Below are positions 11,123 to 24,302 of a DNA stretch of 64,000 bases, in pieces. The stretch covers positions 1-64,000 of the forward strand of contig JAQGDQ010000604.1 of the NCBI GenBank assembly GCA_030141605.1, written 5' to 3'. Position 1 is the stretch's first letter, and each line of letters begins with the position of its first letter. The DNA is from Tubiluchus corallicola (lineage: Eukaryota > Animalia > Priapulida). Both the position numbers and the translations under genes were made by a program. The notes beneath the pieces are model-generated. The model was not told the origin of the DNA and did no database searches. It saw only the letters and a list, made by a program, of their open reading frames with translations.

Positions 11123-12584
11123 CTGTGGAAAAAATGTTTTACTAAATTAGGAAATGAGATTTAAAATATGGCACAGTTCCACTTTGTGATCTCTCATTTA
11201 ATGTCAAATGAAATTTAAAGCATTTTTAAAGCAAGTTAAATGAAATTTGACATTAAATGAGAGATCGAGAGTATCGAAGTTTTCAAAAGAGCACCATCAC
11301 AAAAAAAACAAATTATTTCTTAAACAGCCAAAGGTTTAACATATCGTTAAAATCATTTTTGTGAAATAATCAACTTCAGCACAGCCTATAATCATTAAAT
11401 CGTTAAACAGAAATTTCTTCAACAAAACATCAGAAGCCACTACATGTTTTGCATGGAATTTATATCTCTTATAACATAAACACCCCTATTCACTCCTTCA
11501 GAACCATAAGCATTTGCTGCATTTTACATGGGTTCATGAAAAAATGCTCTCACTGAGCAGCGTTTGAGTTATATTTGATAATTTTTGTAGGTTTCTACTC
11601 CTCACACAATGGATTTTCATGCAAAATTATACATGAAGTCCATTTGCTTACCTTAGACAAATTAGAAATCGTTTTGACAAAAAAATTTTGACAACAAGTT
11701 TTTAGTAACTGCATTGTTTGCACTGTAACAATGTACAGTATCACTTGTGTGAAATTGCTTAATGCAGAAAATTTCAACTATCCAGACACCACACAAGTCT
11801 ACTCTGTTTTTAAGTGGAAATTAATGTTAAAAGATGAAACAACCTAAATGTTTCTGTTAGGCTGATCGGTTGGTTATGGGCTGTAGCAAGCAGGCCATTA
11901 ATAAAATAATGTGTACGATCACGCAAGTGTACACCAGACTAAGCTACTCAATAGGCTAAGTCGGAGAGCATGAAAATTTTAACCAATTAAATCACTTATA
12001 AATGTTTAAATAAATAGCGTGATTGGACAGTCGAGATTCTCCTGAAAAGAACAGTACCTAATTCGTAATCATTTAGTAATCTGTGCTCATACAATAGCAG
12101 AAACGTCATACGTCTTATAAGACCTAATTTGAATGATGCGGTCCCAAAGGAGTTAAATCACTGACTTACAAATAAATCAGTTTTTTGTCTATTAGATGTA
12201 CATTCTTGTGGTAACTTTCGCTGAAAAACATTTTTTTATAAGGTGCAAACTCACTTTCTATGAGTTGCTTAGTAGTTCGCAAATTTATCATGGTTTTTGG
12301 TTTTTAATTTTTGTTTTTTTTGCTGTTGTATTTTTGTTTTTGTATTTCTGCACGTTTATGTATTTTTTAATATAGTTGTGTCTACTGTCATTAGCGTCCT
12401 TTTGTTTACTGTCCTTTGAGAAGGGTGGTTGACTCGATAACCTTTGGTTTTTCGCCACCCTTTCTCCCATGTTCGTTTGTATTTTTGTGTATTTTATTGT
12501 CAAATCGTTGTATATTTATGGAGGAAAATAAAATTACTATTACTATTACTGATGTGTTTTTAAAAAGAAAAAACAGCTACTTAC

Positions 12585-12739
12585 ATCACTGTAATAGTCC
12601 CAGTCGTGTTTAATTTTCTTCCCATTGAAATTAATGGTGTAATTATAATAACGAGAGTTTCTAATGAGCCCCACCCACTCTCTCCATCCTGGAGGTATGT
12701 ACGTGCCGTTGTACTCATTCAAATATTTACCAAAATAAC
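12585..12739 (-). CDS. SULF1: SULF-family sulfatase, coding exon 4
   Basis: [52 protein letters not shown]; phase 1 in, phase 0 out. Confidence 0.97.
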
Positions 12740-13130
12740 CTGTAAGAACAAAAATTATAATTACATTTTTTTGAAAAAGTAACAAAGAAGTTTACACAAT
12801 AAGTGACTCACAAACAAAGTGGCAGCGCATGTTTAATTATTGGTAATACAATATTTTTAATTAAAAATCGCAAATGAAAAATGGGCGACAGTTGAAAAAT
12901 TCTGCCAATTCAAGCATAAAGTAACAGGAAACGTTTATAAGCTTACTTCCTTAAGATACATGGGTATTGATCGACGTAAAATTTTTCAATAATCTTTAGA
13001 TAAAAAGTAATAAGAAATACCAAAACATAAAGAAAAACATGTATGCGCGTGCCTTAAAGACAACTTTTGTTACCAGAATTTAAAATATGCCTGCCGGAAA
13101 AGAAGTTTCCAGCCTGTGCACGGCAACAAG

Positions 13131-14363
13131 TAGGGTTGCCACTACTCCTAATTTGGCCCGGAGTCTCCTGAATTTCAGCCACAAATCCGTATAGTTCGGT
13201 CAGACTTTTGAGAAATTCTGAACTCTCCCGTCCGTCACATTTGACATTAAAGTGCAAAATATGCAAATACAAGTTGCCTGGCTGATGCTGTTGAAAATGA
13301 ATTTGCACAAGTTTAAGCTAAAAGTTTCAGTGGAATTTCAGTTAAAATAAGTTAAATAACAGTAAAGTTAAGTAACTTTAATCTGCTGTAAGTCGTTGTC
13401 ATCATTTCATCCCATCTCTATTTTTTTGCCAATTTCTGCTGCAGCAGCAAGTGCAATGGAAGTGACCTCCCCCTTTAGCTTTAATTCAAATAACTTGTTG
13501 GTGACATCCTTCTGTCTCGGAAGACAATGGAGTGTGCACCAAGAGAGTCAGTTGTTGATCATTGACGGAGCTGCAGCGTCGACTGTGGCTGAGCAGTGCA
13601 ATCCTTGAATGTCTCCAGGGCACACGCCTGGGCAAGGTGTATAGAGATCCTGAGTTGCCCAGACAACAGGAATCCCCTCTCTTCCTCCCTGGTGTAGTCC
13701 AAAGGAAAACAGAGTGATACGTTTGGCACCAGGTTGGCTGCAGGAGCTGCCGGAGTCAGTGAGCATGCTGCACTGGTCTGCCTTCGAGGCTCCACTCCTG
13801 ATTTGGGAGGTTTACTCCTCTACACATGGCCGTTGAGTCACTTGTCCTCCTCCACCCTCTAGCCGTTGGCTGCTTGTGCAGCTCCTCCAAATAGTGTCGA
13901 GATACAGTGTGGGCATCCCGCAAGCCTACAGCACCTGGTATTCCTAGGCGGTCACCCATCAAAGTACTAAACAGGCTCTACGTTGCTTAACTTCGGTGAT
14001 CAGACGAGAATCGGTGTTTTCAACGTGATTCTTGCTGTAGTTAATTCAAATAGCAATAGCCAATATAAAGTTATTAAAATTCTCCAAAAGCCTCAAATAT
14101 ATAAAAAAATGTTTGGGACTGGGAAGAAAAAACTCCAACAATTGATGTAATGCACGGACTTTGGTCGAGACTTTTAGGCCTTTTTAATTAATGCAAAGTT
14201 TAAAACAAGAAATTTGTCCTACTTTGTGGTTCAAATTTTTTTATCATTGTTTCTGAAAAAAGTCTCATAAAACGTCTAAGATCAATGCCAGGAAATGCGC
14301 TGGTTTCCCCAACTCCCTGGTTCTCGAGTCCTGATTTTGGTTCGTGACGAAATGGCAACCCTA
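13131..14363. mobile_element. hAT (Blackjack-like) non-autonomous element hosting a SINE
   Basis: TIRs TAGGGTTGCCA...TGGCAACCCTA; 8-bp flanks GCAACAAG and CCAACAAG (7/8 match). Confidence 0.8.
13493..14040 (-). mobile_element. 5S rRNA-derived SINE (SINE3-type), long form with RTE-derived 3' end
   Basis: 13922-14040 is a diverged near-complete 5S sequence with no T-tract terminator. It is followed by a ~430-nt body ending in codons SRIALLSHSRRCSS (RTE ORF C-terminus-like) and GGATGTCACCAACAA. 12-bp TSD TTAATTCAAATA at 13481-13492 and 14041-14052. Confidence 0.88.
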
Positions 14364-14710
14364 CCAACAAGTGAACGCCAATTCCTAATACAGTATTCTA
14401 TGGTAAAACGCCTTTTCTGTCTGAGCTCCGCATCTCTGGAATAACTTACCTGTTGCTAAACATTCTAGAAATTCATTAGATTGTTTTAAACAACATCTTA
14501 AAACACGTTTGTTTAAATTGTACTTTTTATGAATTATTTTTAATTTTAAATGTCTTAAATTTTATGTTTCCTATCAATTTTAAATGTATTTTATTGTTCA
14601 GCGTGCTGAGATTTTAAATGATGTAGCATACAATATCAATAAATCTTACATTACATTTATATTATTTACAATTTTAAGCAGAGGAATCTGTTTCCAAATG
14701 CAACACGTAC

Positions 14711-14950
14711 CTGTCCTATATCCAACATTACTAAGGTACGTCGCAAATGTTCGCGTTTCGTGCGTTTGCTGCCATGCTATGGATGAGCAATTGTCATTAT
14801 TGGTGTACGTGTTATGATTATGAGTATACAATCCCGTCAGTATCGAGCTCCGCGAAGGACAGCACATGGGAGTCGTCACGTAAGCATTGGTAAACGTAGC
14901 ACCATCTCCGGCTAAATACTTTAAAGTCTTTGGCATATAATTCATGGAAC
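14711..14950 (-). CDS. SULF1: SULF-family sulfatase, coding exon 3 (active site)
   Basis: [57 protein letters not shown]...GYRTG carries the CxPxR formylglycine motif in the Sulf-typical PMCCPSRSS context. Confidence 0.98.
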
Positions 14951-15161
14951 CTGAAAGTGCCCACAAAGAAATAATTATTTGAAGAAAATCGAAAATTAAA
15001 GTCTTACGGTGTGGAAATTACACTAGGCAAATATTACTAAAATTATATAAGCAATAAAGTTAACAAAAATAAATTTCAACTCATAGCTTAGTGAAAGATT
15101 GGTAAATGGATCTAACTAATGCCCAAATATAGACAGAGGCAGTATTATCAACTGTAACAAA

Positions 15162-15618
15162 AAGCCTTTTCACAGTTTAGTTGTGTGCACACGCAGTTGC
15201 GGTAGGTCAAAGGTTAAGTGTAGCACAGCAGCACATCTTAACTACAACCGTCACTTGACGTGCGCATAAAGCAAAGCTGTCTCCTGCATCAGTTCAGTTA
15301 CTTCAGTTATTTTACGTAAACTTTACTTAATTATGTATTAGTCTGTGTGCAGAGTGACTTACTAGCAGGATCTTGCTTCGGACCAAGAAGAAATGAACTA
15401 GGTAATGTTCTAGCTAGTTCTTAAAAATGTTACAATTATAATATCATGGGCTGCAAGTCACACAAGTGCGTTGTCTAATACGCTTAACCTTTGACCTTTT
15501 CACAATCATCATCTATCGCCGGAACTGTTGCCAAGTGTACACAAAGGCGTTGTCTAATATGCTTAACCTTTGACCTTTTCACAATCATCATCTATCGCCG
15601 GAACTGTGAAAATGCTTA
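15162..15618 (-). mobile_element. MITE family B copy with a duplicated subterminal segment
   Basis: Reverse complement of 9509-9902; GCGTTGTCTAATA...CCGGAACTGT appears twice (about 15468-15528 and 15548-15608). Confidence 0.75.
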
Positions 15619-16721
15619 CTGGAAACGAACACTTAAACATGACAATGCTCATTTGTCTGTGATACAGTTTCCAAACAGTGACAATGCCCCACGAATGAGC
15701 AGACCACAATCATGCAGGATGGATTGGAGCAAGATCCGGAACTTATTTTCCAAATTGGATTGGATTGCGGATCTATTATTGAAAATACAAACACGGATAA
15801 AAATATTAACAAATCCGGTTACAATTATCAACGTTGATCCGCAACTTCGTTAAACAAAGTGAACCTATATGGTTTTGCAATTTAGCTACTTTTAAAACTT
15901 GCGTTTCACTAATTTCCTTCATGTCATCCTGGTATTGTTTTCTGTCAATATTGTCTATATAATGTCTTTATCTAGCCAGTACCGTAAAAAGGCTGGACTG
16001 AGATTATATGAAAACTTCTTATAATCACTTCACTGCCTGTATGAAGAGAATCTCCCGTCACGAAAATTCTTTTCTGACGGCCTGTATGACGACAATACTG
16101 TACCGCTTAACATGCAAATTAACAGACAGGCCAACCAGTAGTAACGATAGCTGCACGTGCCAGACGCACTTCATGAATCAAGCTACTGAAAATAAACAGT
16201 GGTGCTGTCCTCTGTTGGCTAATAATCAGGCCACATAATGGCTATAGGCAAAAATGCAGGCAAAACTTGCAGAACAGATTGGTGTTATTGCTGAATGTGT
16301 GCTGCCATCTGACGCATTATGAGCTTTGTTGTCTACCCTATATTTTGCTTTGAATTATACCACACAAAATAAAACTACTTCTAAAATGTCGCGATGAACC
16401 TGGTGTCGATGAAAGTGGCGTAAACCATCATGGCTACGGTGGATAGCAGAAGCACCGGCAGCCGTGGAAATTATGGGGGTGTCAACAGCTACGATGGTGG
16501 AAATGATAGTTTTGATAGCAAAACTGATGATAATGATGATGATAAACAGAGGGAAAAAGCTGCAATAATCTGTAGCAGTATCAATTTTTCCTTAAAATAT
16601 TCACTTACGACAGCAACAATACAAATTGCTCGGCAACAAAAAGATGTTAAAAAGACAAATAAAAGATGATTTTACTATTCCCACTGCATTTTAAACATCT
16701 ATACAATGAGTGCATCGTTAC

Positions 16722-16853
16722 CTAATTCTGCATCTTGATCATCGGTCATGACAAAAACGATATTTGGTTTTCTGGAAGGCTCCTTTTTCCGAGGACCGTA
16801 CATTCGCCATCCGTAGTTGCGCTCGTCCTGACGATAGCTGCCGGCGTCCACAT
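16722..16853 (-). CDS. SULF1: SULF-family sulfatase, coding exon 2
   Basis: VDAGSYRQDERNYGWRMYGPRKKEPSRKPNIVFVMTDDQDAELG (PNI...TDDQD..LG motif); tttcag|...|gtaac; phase 1 at both ends. Confidence 0.96.
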
Positions 16854-17183
16854 CTGAAACACGTTAATGTCGTCGATAAACGACCAATTTTGAGAAGTTA
16901 CTTTGCGAAGAAGCAATTTACATCGCTCATGGCTGGCCAGTCAAATGTAATGAAGAAATAAATTTTGGCCGAGGAGTTTGGGTTAACGCATAGCTGCACA
17001 CTTTCACAAATTCAAGTAGAACATTCAATTAGCTGAACGATGATTGCCAAATTACGTTGTTAAAGATTCGACTTACACAAGAAATGCCAAGAAACTCTGC
17101 ACCAAAGTGAAATCACTGTAAAATGTACAGTTTCTTTCAAGTTCAAACAACTTTTTAATCAAAACAAATAAATAATTGATTAA

Positions 17184-17876
17184 AGGAAAAGGCAAGCTTT
17201 CTGGAAAGTTAGACTTGTTTCAATGTTTGCGCAAAAAGCATTAGAATGATTTAGTAATAAAACTGCAATAGGACAATCTTGTAATTAGTAAAATCACTTA
17301 AAAGTCACAATCACTTCATGCTTGGGTGCTCCCATTTTAAATGCCAAGTCTTCTTCCAATTTGCCCTGAAGAAAAGTAACACACTGAGAATCTTCATCGA
17401 AATGTTAATAAGTTACAAAACATTAGACACCTGATTTCGTAACACTTTTGCATGAATATTAGATAAACTGCAGAAGTTTGAGTTAGTTTAAGCAGCGAGC
17501 GCTCACGGAAAGCCACCAGACGATCATGAAAAGTCACGAAGTCCTCCAGTTACGCCATAATTTTCAAATGAATGGCAGCAACCACCACGCCTGAAAATTT
17601 CTATTCAGAAGTAGTTTATTTTAGATTTATGCTTTACAGAAAGTTTTTTGTGGATTTTTTTGCTTATATTTTTCTAAATTTAAGTGATAACAGTAAAATA
17701 AACAAAACATACCGAGTGACTTGTTCTTTCCTTTAGCACACCACAAACAGTTTAAGTGATAAGAGTAAAATAAACCCAACATACTGAGTGACTTGTCCGA
17801 TCCTTTAGCATACCACAAACAGTTTAAGTGATAACAGTAAAATAAACACAACATACTGAGTGACTTATTTTTTCCT
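17184..17876 (+). mobile_element. Kolobok-like element, family C, full-length
   Basis: TTAA|AGGAAAA...TTTTCCT|TTAA; three 72-bp terminal units. Confidence 0.8.
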
Positions 17877-18521
17877 TTAATAACTAATAATTTTATTTTA
17901 TATTTAGATATTTAGGTATTTATTAATTAGTGTCAATAATACACACAAGACATACATACAATTTCATTTCGAAACATACAAAAAAACAAGATATATATAC
18001 AATTTCAATTTTGAAATATAATGACACTATATGCAAACAAAACGTTTACAAACAAATATTGTTAAATCAACCTGTTAGTTATATTAGTTATTTAACAAAA
18101 AGTTTAATGATTAGTATTTAAAATAAATTATCATTCATTAGGCTTCATTTTCAATGATATGATCATAACATAGTATATTTATAAAGTTTAACATTAAATC
18201 ATTCAGCACTTTGCAAAAGCTCCACTGCCAAAACAACCGATGAATATTTGAGTGTCTTAAGCGAGAAAACTGTTCTCATAAGTTTGATGTTGCATTTGTT
18301 AATGTCAACTTTCGCTGATATAGTCACTTACTAAGTCAACTCAATTCAATTCAATTTCATTTTCTCGATAGCAGTTAAAATTCGACATAATTATTTTTAC
18401 ATTTCATTGCAACTGAGAAGGAGCAGAGAAAGACCTATTGGTCACTTGGTCAGCTGCCTCTTATTAAAAATACAAGTTTACTTACAGGCTTTTTTTACAT
18501 GACATTTTTTAGGTGTTTGTG

Positions 18522-18569
<48 letters not shown>

Positions 18570-19839
18570 CATACATAAAAATACATATATAAATATTATA
18601 GTATTAAAATAGATTTGGTATTAAATTAAGTACTAAGTAGCAGTATTTAATCTAGTCAAATTTTTAAAGGGCGGAAAAAATAGTAAGCGAGAAATTCTTG
18701 AGAATTGAATACGAGTGCAGAATTATACTAATAATAATTTGCTGCAAATGTGAATCAATTTTGGATTTTGGGCGAAAATGCGACGATTTGGCGGAAAATA
18801 CAAGTGTTCAGTCTCCAATATGATAAACAGCACCATACAGCAGGGATGAGAATGACAAAATGCAAAAAACTCTGAAACAGGTTGGGGTTTTTGGGGCCGC
18901 CTAGGCCCCAATGGGGGGTTGAGGGGCTCGCCCCCTTGGAGCCAGCAAGAAATTGCACTTTTGTGACGATAGAGAGCCTCTAAGACTTACAATATCAATT
19001 ACCTTGTTTCATGCATAATTTAAAATACCCAACCATCAAAGATACATGATGCCTAATTGTCTCAAAAACGCCTAAGTACTGGCCGCTCCTATGCAAAACT
19101 ATATAAAAACTGTCTGCAATTGACTCAAATAACCCGCACAACTGATTCTATATTTTTATACATGTATAGAGATATACACGTGGTTACACAGATGTACGTG
19201 ATGTAAACAAAGTGACGGCCTGCCAACTAGCGGTCAGCTTGTGAAATAATGTACTGGGTCCGTAAAAATGTTCTCAACGAATTTACGCGATTTACAAAAT
19301 TGGCACTACTGGTCTTCCAAAAACTCAAAATTCTCATCCCTGCATACAGAATGCAACCCTCAAGATGTATACCGTGGCGTGAATTACGAAAACAAAAAGG
19401 ACGATTTAAATCTCGTTTCACAAAAAATCCTACGCTTGGATCGAAACCGGATCTAAGTCAGGCGTTGACAAGCTGGAAAACAAATTCTGCGGGGGAAAAA
19501 AGTCACACGGAGGCTCTAAAGAAAACACAGAATCTGGCACAAAAACTTATACAGTTGAAAATCTTCGTCAGTTTAAATATTTAACCCCCTCTGACACGTG
19601 CAGACAAGATGTCGGTAATTGGTATACTATTTCAATAGAGAATAATTTAATGCAAGATTACAGCAAAAACTGCACATTATACAGCTCAAATCTGTTTGGG
19701 GCAAAAAAATCTGTTTATTACGGCTTTAAAGGCTGTAATTTTTAACACATCTGTACAGTATCCTGCTAGACTTAACCAGCCGTCTGAAATTGTAAAAGTC
19801 GGTAGTACACAACGACACATCAGTCACTGCAAAACATGG

Positions 19840-20023
19840 TAACGTTTTATAAACATTCATAAGTTAAAACACCAGAACTTTATTAAAACTTTTAATTTAC
19901 CTAGTTAAAAAATCATATCAAACATTTCTACATGTCTGTTAATTAAAAGTTTTAATAAAGGTGTGGTGTTTTAACTACAAATGTTTTTAAGTGCATGTAA
20001 TAAAAAAATTAACGTTTTGTAAA
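19840..20023. mobile_element. Fold-back fragment of the Penelope-like terminal repeat seen at 40290-40380
   Basis: Inverted plus direct copy of AATTAAAAGTTTT...TGGTGTTTTAACTA; flanked by TAACGTTTT(A/G)TAAA at 19840 and 20010. Confidence 0.55.
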
Positions 20024-20215
20024 TTTTTGCATTAAAGTTTCATTGTTACTTTGGTAACCTAGTAGGACCAGGTTTCGTTATAATAGTTTAATTAATTTGA
20101 TTATTTTGTCTTGTTTTGTTTTGCTTTTCCATTTTTTACATTTGCAGCATAAATGATTTACTTTGTTACATTTTGTTCATTCATGTTGCCAAGGTTGTAA
20201 AAGAACTTAGTTCAC

Positions 20216-20790
20216 AGAGGGAAGTTCATGAAATTAGTTCAGGAACTTGGAATTGGAACTGTTTTCTCTGTCATCAACGAACCAGGAACTAAAATAAGTT
20301 CCTTTCCAAGTTCCGTCAACAGTTAACTTTTGTTAACTTTTACATTGTGACATGGAGGGAAGTTCATGAAATTAGTTCCTACTTCAGGAACTTGGAATTG
20401 GAACTGTTTTCTCTGTCATCAAGGAACCTGGAACTAAAACAAGTTCCTTTCCAAGTTCCGCCAACAGTTAACTTTTGTTAACTTTTACATTGTGACATGG
20501 AGGGAAGTTCATGAAATTAGTTCCTACTTCAGGAACTTGGAATTGGAACTGTTTTCTCTGTCATCAAGGAACCTGGAACTAAAACAAGTTCCTTTCCAAG
20601 TTCCGCCAACAGTTAACTTTTGTTAACTTTTACATTGTGACATGGAGGGAAGTTCATGAAATTAGTTCCTACTTCAGGAACTTGGAATTGGAACTGTTTT
20701 CTCTGTCATCAAAGAACCTGGAACTAAAACAAGTTCCTTTCCAAGTACCGCCAACTGTTAACTTTTGTTAACTTTTACATTTGTGACATG
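20216..20790. repeat. Tandem repeat, ~145-bp unit x4
   Basis: GAGGGAAGTTCATGAAATTAGTTC...CATTGTGACATG restarts near 20217, 20355, 20500 and 20645. Confidence 0.95.
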
Positions 20791-21234
20791 TCTATCCTTG
20801 CTTTTTTGGTTGGGCACCCTATGAAAAAAGCAAAATTGGTTGTTTTCAGGAATATTTCAGGGATACTAGGTACTAGCTAGGTACTTAGGTTGTTTACTAT
20901 GGATATTCTATGCGTAACGGACAGAAAGTGCAATGAACGGCAACTGCAATATGTTTCTTTTGGTGGAAACGAACTTGTAACTGGACTTTCTAAAAAGTTA
21001 GAGGCCGTCACGATGTGTGCTTGACTTTAAAGGTAAACAATGCCAGGCCTAGTTATTAAATGAATCGGTGACCACAAGGAAAGTTGCTTATGGGCTGTCT
21101 GACCTGCCTTAACACCTCCACTTCATGTATATTTCTCATTTTGAGAAGAGATGCTTGCACATCCAATTATGGCTGAACTATCTGTGCCAATTTAATGTCT
21201 CACTTCAGAGAATTATCCTTTATCATGAGCTAAG

Positions 21235-22165
21235 TTCCAGCTAGTCACAACTATCTACAATTCTAGGTTCCAGTCAGCCAAAACTATCTACAACTTTAGG
21301 TTCCAGCCAGCCACAACTAACTATAATTGTAGGTTCCAGCCAGCCACAACTATCTACAACTTTAGGTTCCAGCCAGCCACAACTATCTACAACTTTAGGT
21401 TCCAGGCAGCCACAACAATCTACAATTCTAGGTTCCAGTGAGCCCCAACTATCTGGAATTTTAGGTCCAGTCAGCCACAACTATCTACAACTTTAGGTTC
21501 CAGTCAGCCACAACTATCTGGAATTTTAGGTCCAGTCAGCCACAACTATCTACAATTCTAGGTTCCAGTCAGCCACAACTAACTGTAATTGTAGGTTCCA
21601 GTCAGCAACAACTATCTGGAATTTTAGGTCCAGTCAGCCACAACTATCAACAACTTTAGGCTCCAGTCAGCCACAACTATCTACAACTTTAGGCTCCAGT
21701 CAGGAACAACTATCTACAATTCTAGGTTCCAGTCAGCCACAACTATCTACAACTTTAGGTTCCAGTCAGCCACAACTATCTACAACTTTAGGTTCCAGTC
21801 AGCCACAACTATCTACAACTTTAGGTTCCAGTCAGCCACAACTATCTACAACTTTAGGTTCCAGTCAGCCACAACTATCTACAACTTTAGGTTCCAGTCA
21901 GCCACAACTAACTGTAATTGTAGGTTCCAGTCAGCCACAACTATCTACAACTTTAGGTTCCAGGCAGCCACAACAATCTACAATTCTAGGTTCCAGTCAG
22001 CCACAACTATCTACAACTTTAGGTTCCAGTCAGCCACAACTATCTACAACTTTAGGTTCCAGTCAGCCAAAACTATCTACAACTTTAGGTTCCCGTCAGC
22101 CACAACAATCTACAATTCAAGGTTCCAGCCAGCCATAACTATCTACAATTCAAGGTTCCATCCAG
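21235..22165. repeat. 33-bp minisatellite, about 28 copies
   Basis: Unit GGTTCCAGTCAGCCACAACTATCTACAACTTTA. Confidence 0.97.
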
Positions 22166-22402
22166 AAAGAAGATCATTAGCCACTCCAGGAAAGGGTTAC
22201 AGGTATTGGAAATATGTATGCAGGATGAAATCAATATTTCTTCTAATTTCTCCTGGGAAAGCCATTCTGGCAGAGTGGTATATGCAGTCCAGTTTCAAGG
22301 AGATAAGGCTACACGTACACTACATGGTATTCATGATAGATATTAGTGTAAAAAGGCAAGTATGACACCTCAACTCATCTGCAAAAAGGGGCTCCTCATA
22401 GA

Positions 22403-22776
22403 AAGTCTTTTCACAGTTTCGTTGTGCACATATGCAGTTGCTGCAGGTCAACGGTTAAGTGTACGACAGCAACACGCCTTAACTACAAGTGTCACGTACA
22501 TGTGGGTAAAGCAAAGCCGTCAGTTCAGTAACTTCAGTTATTTTACATGGACTTTACTTAACTATGCATTAGTCTGCACATAGAGTGATTTACTAGCAAG
22601 ATCTTGCTTGGGAACTAGAAAAAATGAACTAGGTAAGATTCTAGCGAGCTGTTAAAATTGTTACTATTACAACAGCATGGGGGCTGAGAGGCGTTGTCAA
22701 GTGTACAAAATTACGTTGTCTGGTACACTTAACCTTTGACCTTTTTACGATCATCATCAATCTCTGGAAAGCGTTA
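22403..22776 (-). mobile_element. MITE family B copy
   Basis: Colinear with 15162-15618. Confidence 0.72.
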
Positions 22777-22976
22777 TTCACTTTATATAAAATAACAAAT
22801 CTGTCCAAGAACGACTTGACACTCATTTTCACGAACATGAGAATGGGTCATGAATTTATTACACTGATACACCGATGAGGACTCCCCTAACGGATGCCAA
22901 AACATTTATATCTGAATAAACACCGTCCAATGACCAACTTATAACCGCTTAGTATAACAAACATAAGCATACTTAC

Positions 22977-23028
22977 AATACTGAAAACACCAGCATTGAA
23001 TGATGGCAAATGTGAGCAGGGGTGACAT
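22977..23028 (-). CDS. SULF1: SULF-family sulfatase, coding exon 1 (signal peptide); 5' UTR part extends to the acceptor at 23088
   Basis: ATG...MSPLLTFAIIQCWCFQY+T|gtaagt. The phase-1 join to exon 2 gives ...FQYYVDA-GSY, a signal peptide with a V-x-A cleavage motif. Confidence 0.75.
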
Positions 23029-23314
23029 CTTTTAAAATGATCTCTTCAGCAAAGCAATGTCGCAGCTTCACCAATTTCTTTGGTTAATCTGCAAAATGTT
23101 CAAAAATTTCAGCTAATGGGCAAAAGACAGCAGGAAAAACCTGCCTCCTCAGCTCTGTGGCAATCCGTAGACTGTGGCAATCCGAATAAATTGGCAAACT
23201 AAATTTGTAATAAAGAACTGAAAACAAGATTAGATTGTTTCATTTCCATGCAAGCAACTCAAATGCATAAAATACAAACTCAAACAGGTACCAGGTACTG
23301 TGACTCAGCATTAA

Positions 23315-23847
23315 AGGAAAACCAGACGATCGCACAAACATTAGTTCAGAATGAAGAATGCTCTAAAATATTGAAAACTACAATAGCTTTTTTTAAATCA
23401 AAGCTTAGATTAAATAATAATTACCTCGGGTACTCAAATTTCGTTAAATTTTCAAAGCTCAGTGCATCTACTAAGATTGGCAGCGGCGCCTTTTTTTCAC
23501 ATTAGCATAGCCGACAAATAGTAGGCGGTACCATGATAACCACGACCATGAACTGCAGTGTTAGTTTCTGATGTCATATGACGTAGAGCCCATTTTCGTG
23601 ACATCATGTGTTCAAGCAGTAACACTTACGTAAACGTGCTTGACGCGCAAGGGAAGATGCCTGCTATTGCACAAACTGTGGTTAGTTTCTGACGTAGGCA
23701 ATAGCTGTGTTCGGTCGCCGTTAATTAACTTTCTAAGCTAATTATTCAAATATAGGAAACAATTGCTAACTTTTATAGGCAAGAAAATGTATATTTTGGA
23801 CTGTAAATTAAAATTAGATCGAGTCTAAACAATCGTCCGGTCTTCCT
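23315..23847. mobile_element. Kolobok-like MITE, family E
   Basis: TTAA|AGGAAAACCAGACGAT...ATCGTCCGGTCTTCCT|TTAA. Confidence 0.75.
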
Positions 23848-24302
23848 TTAACACGTTAACATCCCTCAACCCTTCTGTGCTGGACTCACGTGGCTTTGAC
23901 TTGTTTTTGTAAAGTCCAACATATCCAGTCGGCATCTAGTTAAAACAGAGGACATACCCCGAGTACACCAGAGAAAGCTTCGTGGTAATGAAACCAGACT
24001 AGCCGCCCGGAAGTCGTACCCGGATGCAGTCTGGCTAGCTAGTAAGTAGCAAATAAATCAATGCTACAAATTCACTGCTTGACTGCAGCTAGTGAACCTA
24101 TCCTCGTTGCCGTTTGCGAATCACAGCCAGTGTTAATTTAAATGATTCACAAGACAGAAATATAAATAACAGTACGTTGTCTCTCTCTGATTTTCTAACC
24201 GTAATAAGGCACAAAAAATAATTTAAATCTTCATTGAATCATTTTAACGTACTGAATTTTGTTAATTTCATTCTCACTACTAATTCTAACGGCCTAACTT
24301 AA

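Noticed and set aside
13860-13921. HDV-like ribozyme at the start of the SINE body
   Set aside because: Some RTE 5' ends carry one, but I could not build the nested double pseudoknot from this sequence.
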